A program made the translations under genes and the position numbers. The notes beneath the pieces are model-generated. The model was not told the DNA's origin, did no database searches, and was given only the letters and a program-made list of their open reading frames with translations. Of a stretch of DNA of 64,000 nucleotides, positions 25,291 through 34,906 are shown in pieces. Position 1 is the first letter of the stretch; each line of letters opens with the position of its first letter. The DNA is from Amphiscolops sp. MND2022 (lineage: Eukaryota): positions 17,176,001 to 17,240,000 of the forward strand of contig OZ076409.1 of NCBI GenBank assembly GCA_964187785.1, in the 5' to 3' direction.

Positions 25291-27915
25291 ATGGACTTTT
25301 ACCGCTGCTTCGTATGTGAGATTTCATTGACCAGCCAGGTTGAATTTGAGGAACATCTCAAACATATCTCTCATTTGCGTTCGCTATGCGAGCGCAAATT
25401 ATTGTCTCCCGGCCACCTGGACATGCTGATTCGCATTGATTCTTTCCATTTTGGCGATCAACGCTGTAAAATTTCTCGAAATACGAAGAAAACTGTTCAC
25501 GCCGTAGAAACGGATCTTGCCAGTGTAAATTTTGCGGGAGATGGTACACATATGGAGTCTCGCCGTGTATTGGATGACTGCAGTCTTCCCGATGTCATCG
25601 CCGGCGAGTCGATTCAAGTGCTTGGCGCTCAAAGGTCTGAGGAAGAAAATTTTGATGCTCTGTCCATTGTCTGTCTGGTGTGTTCTCAGAAGTTATCAAA
25701 TTTCAATTATTTAAACGATCATCTGATGAAGGATTCACATGGAATAGCGATGTATGAAACGAGTAGAGCTTTGAAAGCATTCGAATGTACCACTTGTCAA
25801 CAATGCTTTGACGATCAGAAGCTAATTGAGCATTTGATTATGGACCACTTCAAAATTCAGCGTTGTGTCGACTTCAGTTCAAGAAGAGATGCGCGTCGCC
25901 ATTTTGAATGCCTGCTTTGTGAGAAGCAATTGCGCACCCCATCTAAAGGACATTTTAATTCCGAAAGACATTTGAAAAAATTATCAGAGGCTCCAATGGA
26001 AAATTACTTCCAGTGCAGAGACTGTGACGAAGTTCTCGATCCAATAAATGATATCAATTATCATTGCACTTTGCTGGCGCATAGACTTCGAGTTACTGCT
26101 TTAGATTTTTACAGCAGCTTGTTTTTGAAAAAGAAGAAAGAGAAACCAAAAGGTGGTGACACAAATTCACATTTGATCTATTCTAATAACGCAAATCTCG
26201 TGAGACCCCGCGAAACAACTGTTACTTCTGTCTTGGAACAAGCAAGCTCGGAAGTTTTTCCTTCTGTTCGTACATCTGATTTGTCAGGGTATCAATCTCT
26301 ATCAACTACTTCCCTAGATTCTGTTCAATTATCTGGACCTCATCTTAACGAAAGTTTGAATATGGGAAAAACTATTGAAACCATTAAAACTGATCTGCCA
26401 AATATGAATTTTGAAAATGCTCGTGATGGAACGTTAACGGATTCTCTGGGTCAATTTGTTGAGTGTAGTTCTCATGATGTTCAAGAATCCACTCAAATAG
26501 TTGACCCTCGAAGCTCTAAAAATGAAAATTTTAGTGCACTGTCCATTACCTGTCTGGTGTGCTCTGAGAGATTATCGAGTTTCAATGATATCAAATGTCA
26601 CCTGCTAGAAGATTCACATAAAAAAGCGAGATGTGAAAACCCTGAAATTGATAAAGCATTCGAATGTACCGCTTGTCAACAATGCTTTGAAGATCAAAGG
26701 CTAATCGAGCATTTGATTGTGGACCACTTCCAGATTCAGCGACGTGTAGATTTTGAATCAAGAAAAGATATATGTGGCCATTTTGAATGCTTGCCGTGTA
26801 AAAAACAATTGAACGAACTATATGAATCGCATGTCATGTGCCAAAAGCATTTGAAAAAAATATTAGATGCCCCAATGGATAATTGCTTTCGATGCCGAGA
26901 CTGTGATGAAGTTTTATACTCAATAAATGATGCTTATCATCACCGCAGCTTGCAGGCGCATCAACTTCGAGCAGATGCTTTAGACTTTTACAGCTGCTTT
27001 TTCAAGCGGAAGAGGAAGAAACGAAAACCAAAACGTCATGACAGAAGTTCATCTTTGACTTTTTCTAATGACGCAAATCTCGTGAGGCCCAACGAATCTG
27101 TAACATCTGTTTCGGAAAATGCAAGCTCGGAAATTGTTGATTTCAACAATACCTCTGATTTGCCCGAGATTCACCTTCAATCATTGAATTCCCCAGATTC
27201 GGTTCAATTATCTAGCCGGTATAATGTTAGTTTGGATCTTGAGAAAACTGTTCACACTATTGCAACTGATCTCGTCAGTATAAATCTTGAAGATGACAAT
27301 GAGGGGACGTCTACGGAGTCTCGCCGTGTATTGGATGAATGCAGTTTTGCCGATATTCAGGGACCGACTCAAATAGTTCGCTCTCAAAATTCCGATGAAA
27401 ATTTTGATGCTCTGTCTATTACCTGTCTGGTGTGCTCTAGGAAATTATCGACTTTCAATGGTTTCAAAAGTCATCTGCTAGAATTTGCACATGAAAAAGC
27501 AAATTGTAAAAATTCTGACATTTCTGAAGCATTCGAATGTACCACTTGTCAAGAATACTTCGATAGTAAGAAGCTAATTGAGCATTTGATTATAGACCAC
27601 TTCAAAATTCAACGTTGTGTCGACTTCAGCTCAAGAAAAGACACACGCCGCCATTTTGAATGCCTGCCTTGTAAGAAGCATGCGCACAAATCTGGGGGAC
27701 ATCGCACTGCCAAGAAACATCTGGAAAACTTATCAAAGGCTCCAATGGAAAATTACTTTCGATGCAGAGAATGTGATGAAGTTTTCAATCCGATAACAAG
27801 TCTTGAATACCATTGCAGTTTGCGGTCGCATACACTTCGAGCTAAAGCCTTAGATTTTTACAGCAGCTTGTTTTTAAAGAAGAAGAAGACGAAGAAAAGC
27901 GAAATTCACATTTGA
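25291..27915 (+). CDS. Intronless zinc-finger protein, paralogue 3, with three tandem copies of a four-finger module (13 fingers)
   Basis: 874 aa. MDFYRCFVCE N-terminal finger, then 3x [CLVC..H..H; CT(T/A)C..LIEHLI.DH; CL(L/P)C..H; CR(D/E)C..H; ALDFYS..KKKK]; DNA repeat period ~870-890 bp. Confidence 0.88.
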   Translation: MDFYRCFVCEISLTSQVEFEEHLKHISHLRSLCERKLLSPGHLDMLIRIDSFHFGDQRCKISRNTKKTVHAVETDLASVNFAGDGTHMESRRVLDDCSLPDVIAGESIQVLGAQRSEEENFDALSIVCLVCSQKLSNFNYLNDHLMKDSHGIAMYETSRALKAFECTTCQQCFDDQKLIEHLIMDHFKIQRCVDFSSRRDARRHFECLLCEKQLRTPSKGHFNSERHLKKLSEAPMENYFQCRDCDEVLDPINDINYHCTLLAHRLRVTALDFYSSLFLKKKKEKPKGGDTNSHLIYSNNANLVRPRETTVTSVLEQASSEVFPSVRTSDLSGYQSLSTTSLDSVQLSGPHLNESLNMGKTIETIKTDLPNMNFENARDGTLTDSLGQFVECSSHDVQESTQIVDPRSSKNENFSALSITCLVCSERLSSFNDIKCHLLEDSHKKARCENPEIDKAFECTACQQCFEDQRLIEHLIVDHFQIQRRVDFESRKDICGHFECLPCKKQLNELYESHVMCQKHLKKILDAPMDNCFRCRDCDEVLYSINDAYHHRSLQAHQLRADALDFYSCFFKRKRKKRKPKRHDRSSSLTFSNDANLVRPNESVTSVSENASSEIVDFNNTSDLPEIHLQSLNSPDSVQLSSRYNVSLDLEKTVHTIATDLVSINLEDDNEGTSTESRRVLDECSFADIQGPTQIVRSQNSDENFDALSITCLVCSRKLSTFNGFKSHLLEFAHEKANCKNSDISEAFECTTCQEYFDSKKLIEHLIIDHFKIQRCVDFSSRKDTRRHFECLPCKKHAHKSGGHRTAKKHLENLSKAPMENYFRCRECDEVFNPITSLEYHCSLRSHTLRAKALDFYSSLFLKKKKTKKSEIHI

Positions 27916-28241
27916 CCTACTCTAATGGTGCATCATTTGCCATGTCACACGAAATTGTTTCCTTTGTCTGGGAACAAACAAGCTCGGGAGTTGTTCCTTT
28001 AGTCGATACATCTGATTTGCCCTAGTATCGATCTCTATCAATAAATTCCCCGGATTTGGGTCAATTATCTGGTCTTCGTTAAAGTTCGGATAAAGTAACA
28101 CAATGTTTGGCTTGTTGCAAGCATCTAGCGAACTTGACTGATCTGAAGTTTCATGTAATTAACGATGTCGCTTCTCATAAACTTGCGAAATTATATCGCC
28201 GGTTGTTCTGTCCTTTCAAAAAAGATTTCGACGGAACAATT

Positions 28242-28839
28242 AACAAGACGGGAACGTCTAAAGTCGGCGCTATATCTAAGGCTCAAAAAAGCGCTAAGTT
28301 TTTAAACTTGTAAAAGGGGGACCCTTTCAGCTTTTTGAAAATCCAGTCTGTTGCAAAATATCAAAAAAATTGAAGGAGACAATAAAAAAATTCGGAAATT
28401 TTTTTGAAAAAACTTTCGAAAAAACGAAAAATGAGAATTTTGAAACAGTCTCACAGTGCCGAAAACTAGAGAGGGGGGACCCTTTGGGCTTTTTGAAACT
28501 TCAGTTTGCTGCAAAATATCAAAAAACTTGAAGGGGGGACCGTTTGGCGACAAAAGAAAATTCGAAAAAAAAGTCGCACAGTGCCGAAAAAAATTCAAAG
28601 GGGGGGGGGGACCCTGTAGTCCCGTCCGGTTTTGTATCTTACGTTAAAAATTGAGTACACGAAAGGGGGGACCCTTTGCAGTAACTCAGATGTGATTCCG
28701 CTTGCCGGTTCAGTACTTTTAGTAGTTCTGTAAAAAGTGTCCACTACGCATACATTCTGTGGTCTGACGAAAAAGAAAAGAAAAAAAAACTTGCCACTGT
28801 AATAGTGGGGCTCATTTTCTTCTAAAATGCGCCGACTAA
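28242..28839 (-). mobile_element. Complete Helentron/HINE-like element
   Basis: AACAAGACGGGAACGTCTAAAGTCGGCGCTATATCTAAGGCTC ... CACTGTAATAGT..AAAATGCGCCGACTAA; GGGGGACCCTT minirepeats. Confidence 0.75.
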
Positions 28840-28980
28840 AAACACTTCTTCACTAGTTACTATTTCGAATTTTGTTTTTGAGACTCCTGATATTTCTCAA
28901 AATATTCAATGTACTTTGCTATTTTGCCAAACTTTTTCCTGAATGTCATCCAATTTCATTTCTGACATTACTGAAAGAAA

Positions 28981-29549
28981 AACAAGACGGGAACGTCTAA
29001 AGTCGGCGCTATATCTAAGGCTCAAAAAGCTCAGAGTTTTCTAAATATGCCCAGGATGTATTCATGAAAAGCTTTGAAAACACTTTCGAGACACCCAAAG
29101 TGTGCCTTTCATGCTCGATATGACTGGAAAATCACTTTTACCGACTCGACTGGAAACAAAAAAAATTTTGAAAAAAAAATTTTTTGAAAAAACTTCGAAA
29201 ACGTCGCATAGTGCCAAAAAATGAAAAGGGGGGACCCTTTGGGATTCATTAACATACTTTTTGTTGCAAAATATCAGAAAATCCGAAGGGGGGACTCTTT
29301 TGAAAAAATTGAAAGGGGGGACCCTTTGGAGTCTTCCGGTTTTGTAGGTTACGTAAAAAAGGTAAAAAACGAAAGGGGGGACCCTTTGCAGTAAGTTTGC
29401 ATTGGTCGAAGTGGCCTGAGTGAACTTATCAGTTTCTGTAAAAAGTGGTACATACGCGATGAGCTCTGTGGTCTGACGAAAAAAAAAAGAAAAAAAACTA
29501 GCCACTGTAATAGTCGGGTTTTTTCCTTAAAGGAAAATGCGCCGACTAA
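28981..29549 (-). mobile_element. Complete Helentron/HINE-like element
   Basis: Same left terminus as the 28242 copy; right end TAGTCGGG-TTTTCCTTAAAGGAAAA-TGCGCCGACTAA. Confidence 0.75.
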
Positions 29550-29989
29550 TAATAAATTCAGAATGGGAGGGTCCTACTGCCAGTTATATTTCCTTCTTGT
29601 AAGTTGGATGCCAGGCAGAGGGTCTGGGGTTTAAACCTTGCTGCTGCCATTTTTAGGAGAGCGTAGCGTAAGCGGAGCGAATCCTTTTTTCACGATTCGC
29701 ACTGAAATTTGACGACTGACTTTTTTTCGATCTTCTCGTCTGAAGTGTGACATCTCTCTACGTTGTTTCAGTCGGCACTTTCGTAGTGACTTTTATTTAA
29801 TTTTTAAGACCAACGAACTGACAATAGTTCTGCCAAAAGTTCTTCAATTTTTGACAGTCCCTTTTGGCCAACTGCATACTACATTTGAGCTGTAAAGTAG
29901 TCCCCTGTGACAATAGCGCAACTCATACCGGATTTAACGCAAACAGGATATAACAAATTCCGGATATAATGTTTTTTTAATGTTTTTTG

Positions 29990-30480
29990 GAGATTTTTTC
30001 AACGTTACAAAGGGGTCATTTCGATTTTTAGGATGTTTAGAGTTGATACAAAATCATTTGAAGGCAAAGGACCCCCTTTGGATTTTTTGGTACTGTGAGA
30101 CCTTGTTTTTCAACTTAACCGAATAGTTGTTTTATTCTCAATACTCATAATACTTCATTTAATTCTCAATACTCATAATACTTCATTTCCAGCTCTGTGC
30201 GTTTTTCCGAAACTTCCATTTGGTCAAAGGGTACCTTCCCGCTTTCATAGCTGATTTTGGCTTAAGAAAATGTAGTTTTGCCAGCTGAGAGACTTCCGAA
30301 AATAATTTTCAAAAAATTGATTCTTTGTAATTCGAGTTGGAGAAAAGTAGTTTCCTAGTAATGTGCGTATCCGTTGGTGTATTTTTCTGCACTGAGAAAC
30401 TGATAAAGGTTTAAAAATAGTGTCCCTTGCATATTCAAGAAACTTAGCGGGGCGCCGACTGGGGCCGTTCCCGTCTTGTT
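29990..30480 (+). mobile_element. Helentron/HINE-like element (partial)
   Basis: Ends GGCGCCGACTGGGGCCGTTCCCGTCTTGTT; degenerate AAGGG..CCC motifs; 5' boundary approximate. Confidence 0.55.
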
Positions 30481-30959
30481 GTTCTTTCTTTGAGAGATTC
30501 GATATATGCATACATTGAGCTACAATAAAGCAACTACTTTGCTTATAAAAAGCAAAATTGAAATATAAATATCTTGAAAATGTTCACAAATGTAAGTTTG
30601 TCTGTTGCGAAGGTTACTTGGAATTTATTGCAGTTTTCTCATTGTAGTTTGGAGTGTTAAAATGTTTATCACTATCCAAAACATTTTTTATTTTAAAAAT
30701 CTAAAACATTTTCTATTTTAATTGTTCGTTTCACTAACGGTGCTTTTCTTTCACAAACGTTTTTACAATTCCACTAACGGTGCTTTTCCTCAAACTTTGT
30801 TACAAACAATTGAAGTATCAGTTATGGCTCAAAAATGATGTGTGAATAGAGAACTGTGTGAAGTCATCTCCGAGAGCGTACACATAGAAAAACCCTCAAT
30901 TGATTCTGATTTTTTATCCACATTTTTGTTCGTCCAATTTTTTACACTTGCGATAAGCA

Positions 30960-31729
30960 AGTGTTATGGGAAAGTGCGGGTGCTTTTTTTTCCGCGCGAC
31001 AACTCTCTCGTTTCAGACCGCAAGTCGCATAATTCAGACTTTTTTAGTCTAGCGGTAAGATGCTTGCTTTTCAACCCAGAGGGTCCGGGTTCGAACCCGT
31101 GCCTATGCGCTAATTTTTTTTTACAAAATTTTCGAAGCAGAAGATTCTCACTTTTTTCGACAATATGAGACCCCCCTCCCCCTTTTCGGCTTTTTGAGAC
31201 TTATTTTCGAAAATTTTTTAATGTCCCCAAAGGGTCCTCCCTTCATTTTTTTTGATATTTTGCAACAGAACGAACGTTAAAAAATTCAAAAGGGTCTTCT
31301 TTCAGATTTTTCGGCACTATGAGTGTTAAAAATTCGCATGTTAAAAATGAAACGTTTTGCGACTCTAAAGGACTCGTCAAGGTTTTCGGCACTATGCGAC
31401 TTCAAAAAAATTGCCGGTAACCTTCAAAAAAATTTTTCGAAAATATTTTGGAAAAATTTTGGAAAATTTTTGAAAAAAATTCAAAAAATTTCCTTCAATT
31501 TTCTGTTTGTTTTTAAGGTTTTCCGTTGAGGAAGATGTTTTTTTTTGCTGTTTTCAGTTGGGGAAGAATGGTTTTCGAGACTTATGCCCATCCCTTCGGG
31601 TATTTTTTGGCGCTGTAAAATTGATGAAATTTTAACATACTCCTTTTACCCTTGGTTCTACGTATGATATTGCTTATTTGGTTTTCAAAACTTCGCAAGT
31701 GTTTGCGAAGCACGGCTTCGCCTCTGTGT
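30960..31729 (+). mobile_element. HINE-related element with tRNA(Glu)-like cassette and a terminal GC hairpin
   Basis: A-box TAGTCTAGCGG at 31045, B-box GGTTCGAACCC at 31088, then a T-run; AAGGGTCC motifs; ends with the perfect stem GCGAAGC-acg-GCTTCGC (31705-31721). Confidence 0.55.
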
Positions 31730-32572
31730 TTTGAAATTGAATGAATCATTCCATAAAGAGTTTTCCGTGAATACTTGAAATTTATCCATTGAAAGAAATA
31801 TAGAAGTTGAGTTTTCTGTTCATTTGAAAGTTTCAGCGAATGTTTTCAACTATATTATTAAAGGTAATATATCTGTCTAACCTATTCATCAAAGTTTCTG
31901 CGTGAGACAAAACAAATTAGAGAAAAGAGTAGCAAGTACCAATTTTTTTTTGAAATTAAATGAATCATATTGAATGAATCGTTCCGTGAATACTTGAATT
32001 TTATCCATTGAAATAAATATAGGGCTCTTTTCTGTTTTCCCCCCACCACCAATTTTTTTTGGAAAATTAGTGAAAATCGTATAACAAAAAGACTTAATTA
32101 CAAACCGGAATGCTTCAAATTTACATTCATTCTTAATGTAACTGTTTAGGATTCAGATACAAATTTTGTTCACACTTTTGATGTCACGCATTTTTGATGA
32201 AAAATCAACAGCTTCCTGTTTTGAGTCATCAATAAATACTTAATACGAACACAATTATAGTCAAAAAGCGTGAACAATGTTTTGTTAAAGCAAAACACTA
32301 TTCCAATAGACGTTAACTTCCCATTATGAAAGAAGGTTTTACTTTAAATTAGGCTAGTTTAACGTTTTTAAGGAAATTTACTTTCAAAAATTTTGGTGGT
32401 GGGGGGGGGGGACAGAAAAGAGCCAAATATAGAAATTGAGTTTTCTGTTCATTTGAAAGTTTCAGCGAATGTTTTCAACTATATTATTAAAGGTAATATA
32501 TCTGTCTAACCTAGAATATTTTCATCAAAGTTTCTGCGTGAGACAAAACAAATTAGAGAAAAGAGTAGCAAG
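31729..32572. repeat. Tandem duplication of a ~220-bp unit (31729-31936; 31949-32572), the second copy interrupted by a MITE
   Basis: Near-identical TTGAGTTTTCTGTTCATTTGAAAGTTTCAGCGAATG...GAGAAAAGAGTAGCAAG in both copies. Confidence 0.85.
32023..32424. mobile_element. MITE with GG-initiated TIRs and 8-bp TSD (Merlin-like)
   Basis: TIR GGCTCTTTTCTGT..CCCCACCACCAA / TTGGTGGTGGGG..ACAGAAAAGAGCC; TSD AAATATAG at 32015-32022 and 32425-32432; single empty site in the upstream duplicate (~31796-31803). Confidence 0.85.
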
Positions 32573-32599
32573 CTCAAAGAGGACTCACTCTGTCAAGGA

Positions 32600-34825
32600 G
32601 ATCGGTCTGGCGCTACACTTAAAGCTCAAAAAGTGCAAAGTTTTGAAAATATGATCAGGACTTTTTTAAATGAAAAACTCACATAAAAGTGTCGAAACAT
32701 CCAAAGGGTGCCTTTCGTGCTCTGAAAACGCTTCAAAAGTTCGGATATCCACATGGGAGCACTTTTCCCGAACCTCGGCCTCCTGGTTAGTAAAGCGCAA
32801 TTTACTTCGGATATAACGTCAAAAGTTCGGATAAAGCGTGCCGAGACAAATGGGGGTGCTTGCTTTCGAATATCCGCCTCTTCCTTAGTAAAACTCAATA
32901 TAGTTCGGATATAACGTCAAACATTCGGAAACAGCGCAATATTTTTGAATCTCACGAAAAAGTGCTGGCTGAAGCAGGGACTCGAACCCGCTCTCGCTGA
33001 GTTCCCCTAAACCGATTAACCTCTACACCAAAAAGTGGTACATGCAGGGTGAGCTCTGTGGTCTCACGAAAAAAAGTAGCCACTGCAAAGTTAAAGACGG
33101 GAACGTCTAAAGTCGGCGCTATATATGAGGCTCAAAAAGCGCAGTTTTTAAACCTGTAAAAGCGGGAGCCTTCGGGTTTTTTGAAAATCCAGATTGTTGC
33201 AAAATGTCAAATAAATTGAAGGGGGGACCCTTTGGAGACAAAAAAAATTTTTAAAATTTTCGAATAAAAAAACGAAAAATGAGAATTTTGAACAGTCTCA
33301 TAGTGCCGAAATACATGAAAAGGGAGACCCTTTGGGCACTTTAGTTTGCTGCAAAATATCAAAAAAATCTTGAAGGTGGGACCCTTAGAAGACGAAAAAA
33401 AATCGAAAAAAAGTCGCAGAGTTCCGAAAAAAATTGCTCGAAAAAGTTTCTAGCCAAGGCAAGGACTCGAACCTGTGACCGCTGGGTTCACCGTAAATCG
33501 AGGAAAGACTGTACTGACGAGTACACGTGAACGAGTAAAGTCTGTAAAAAGTGGTACATACACGATGAGGTCTGTGGTCTGACGAAAACAAGACCGGAAC
33601 GTCTAAAGTCGGCGCTATATCTAAGGCTCAAAAAAGCGCAATTTTTTAAATTGCTTTGATTTGGGACTCTTTGGAGACATTAAAAACATTCGAAAAATTT
33701 TTTGAAAAAAAAATTTCGAAAAAAAACGAAAAATGAGAATTTTGAAACAGTCTCACAGTGCCGAAAACTAGGAGGGGGACCCTTTGGGCTTTTTGAAACT
33801 TCAGTTTGCTGCAGAATATCAAAAAAGTTGAGGGGGACCCTTTGGGGACATTCAAAAAATATAATTTTTTTTGGAAAAATGTTCGAAAAAAAACGAAAAA
33901 TGAGATTTTTGAAACAGTCTCATAGTGCCGAAAAACTAGAAAGGGGGACCCTTTGGGCTTTTTGAAACTTCAGTTTGCTGCAAAATATCAAAGAACTTGA
34001 AGGGGGGACCCTTTGGCGACAAAAAAAATTCGAAAAGTCGCACAGTGCCGAAAAAAACTGAAAGAGTCGCACAGTGTCGAAAAAAAATTGCTCGAAAAAG
34101 TTTCTGGTTAAAGCAAGGACTCGAACCCGTGACCGCTGGGTTCACCGGAAACCGAGTACGGACGAGTACACGTAAGCGAGAGTGAAGTCTGTACATACGC
34201 GATGAGGTCTGTGGTCTGACGAAAAGAAAAAAAAACTAGCCACTGTAATAGTCGGGCTTTTTTCCTTAAAGGAAAAGGCGCCGACTAAAAAAAGAAAAAA
34301 ACTAGTCACTGTAATAGTCGGGCTCTTTTCACTAGAAAAGCGCCGACTAAAAGTTCGAATAGTATTGAAATTATCGGGAAAAAAATGAGAATTTGTAAGT
34401 CTCATAGTTCCGAAAAATGTGAAAGGGGGCCCATTTTGTATTTTTAACATCCATTTTGCTGCAAAATATCACAAAATTGAGGATGGGACCCTTTGGAGAC
34501 ATTGAAAACTTTTCGATAAGTCTCACAGTGACTTAGATGCGTTCCCACTGGCCTATCTTGTAGTTTGGTAGTTTCTGTAAAAGTTTCCACTGCGCATAGG
34601 TGATAGTATCTGACGAATAATACTTGCCACTATAGCAGCCGAGCTCATTTTCTAAAATGCGCGGTCTAAAAATACGAATGCGGAGACCCTGCCGACTACT
34701 TTGCCAATTTGTAGTGGAATTTTGGCATTTATCACAAAATGGTCACTTCGACCGGATTGAAAAAAAAACAATATGAAAAGTCACTATGATAGTCGCCTTT
34801 TATAACATGAAGCGCTGGCTGAAAA
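32600..34825 (-). mobile_element. Head-to-tail cluster of Helentron/HINE-like copies and repeated termini
   Basis: Left termini at 33094 and 33587; right termini (..GCGCCGACTAA or decayed) at ~34288, 34350, 34670, 34823; minus-strand B-boxes (GGACTCGAACC) at ~32979, 33463, 34117. Confidence 0.75.
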
Positions 34826-34906
34826 GCCAAGTAAACAATTATCTGTCTTATATCATAGTTATAGAGCGAATTTTCATGTTTTTTTTCAGATTAGTGGTTA
34901 GATGCA

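Noticed and set aside
22290..27915. Idea that the zinc-finger genes supply the missing ATRX ADD domain
   Set aside because: They are C2H2 fingers, not the Cys-rich GATA-like plus PHD architecture of ADD.
31040..31110. Functional tRNA-Glu gene (and the other tRNA-like segments)
   Set aside because: The acceptor and anticodon stems do not pair properly and the segments sit inside repeats; treated as tRNA-derived cassettes, not tRNA genes.
28302..34450. Numerous 60-150 aa Phe/Lys-rich ORFs (e.g. 29062-29505, 33936-34196)
   Set aside because: Translations of HINE repeats and A/T homopolymer runs; no domain signal.
12740..34500. CRISPR-like appearance of palindromic GGGGGACCCTTTG repeats with intervening sequence
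   Set aside because: The spacers are themselves repeated, spacing is irregular, there are no cas genes, and the context is spliceosomal-intron genes; better explained as a TE-internal minisatellite.
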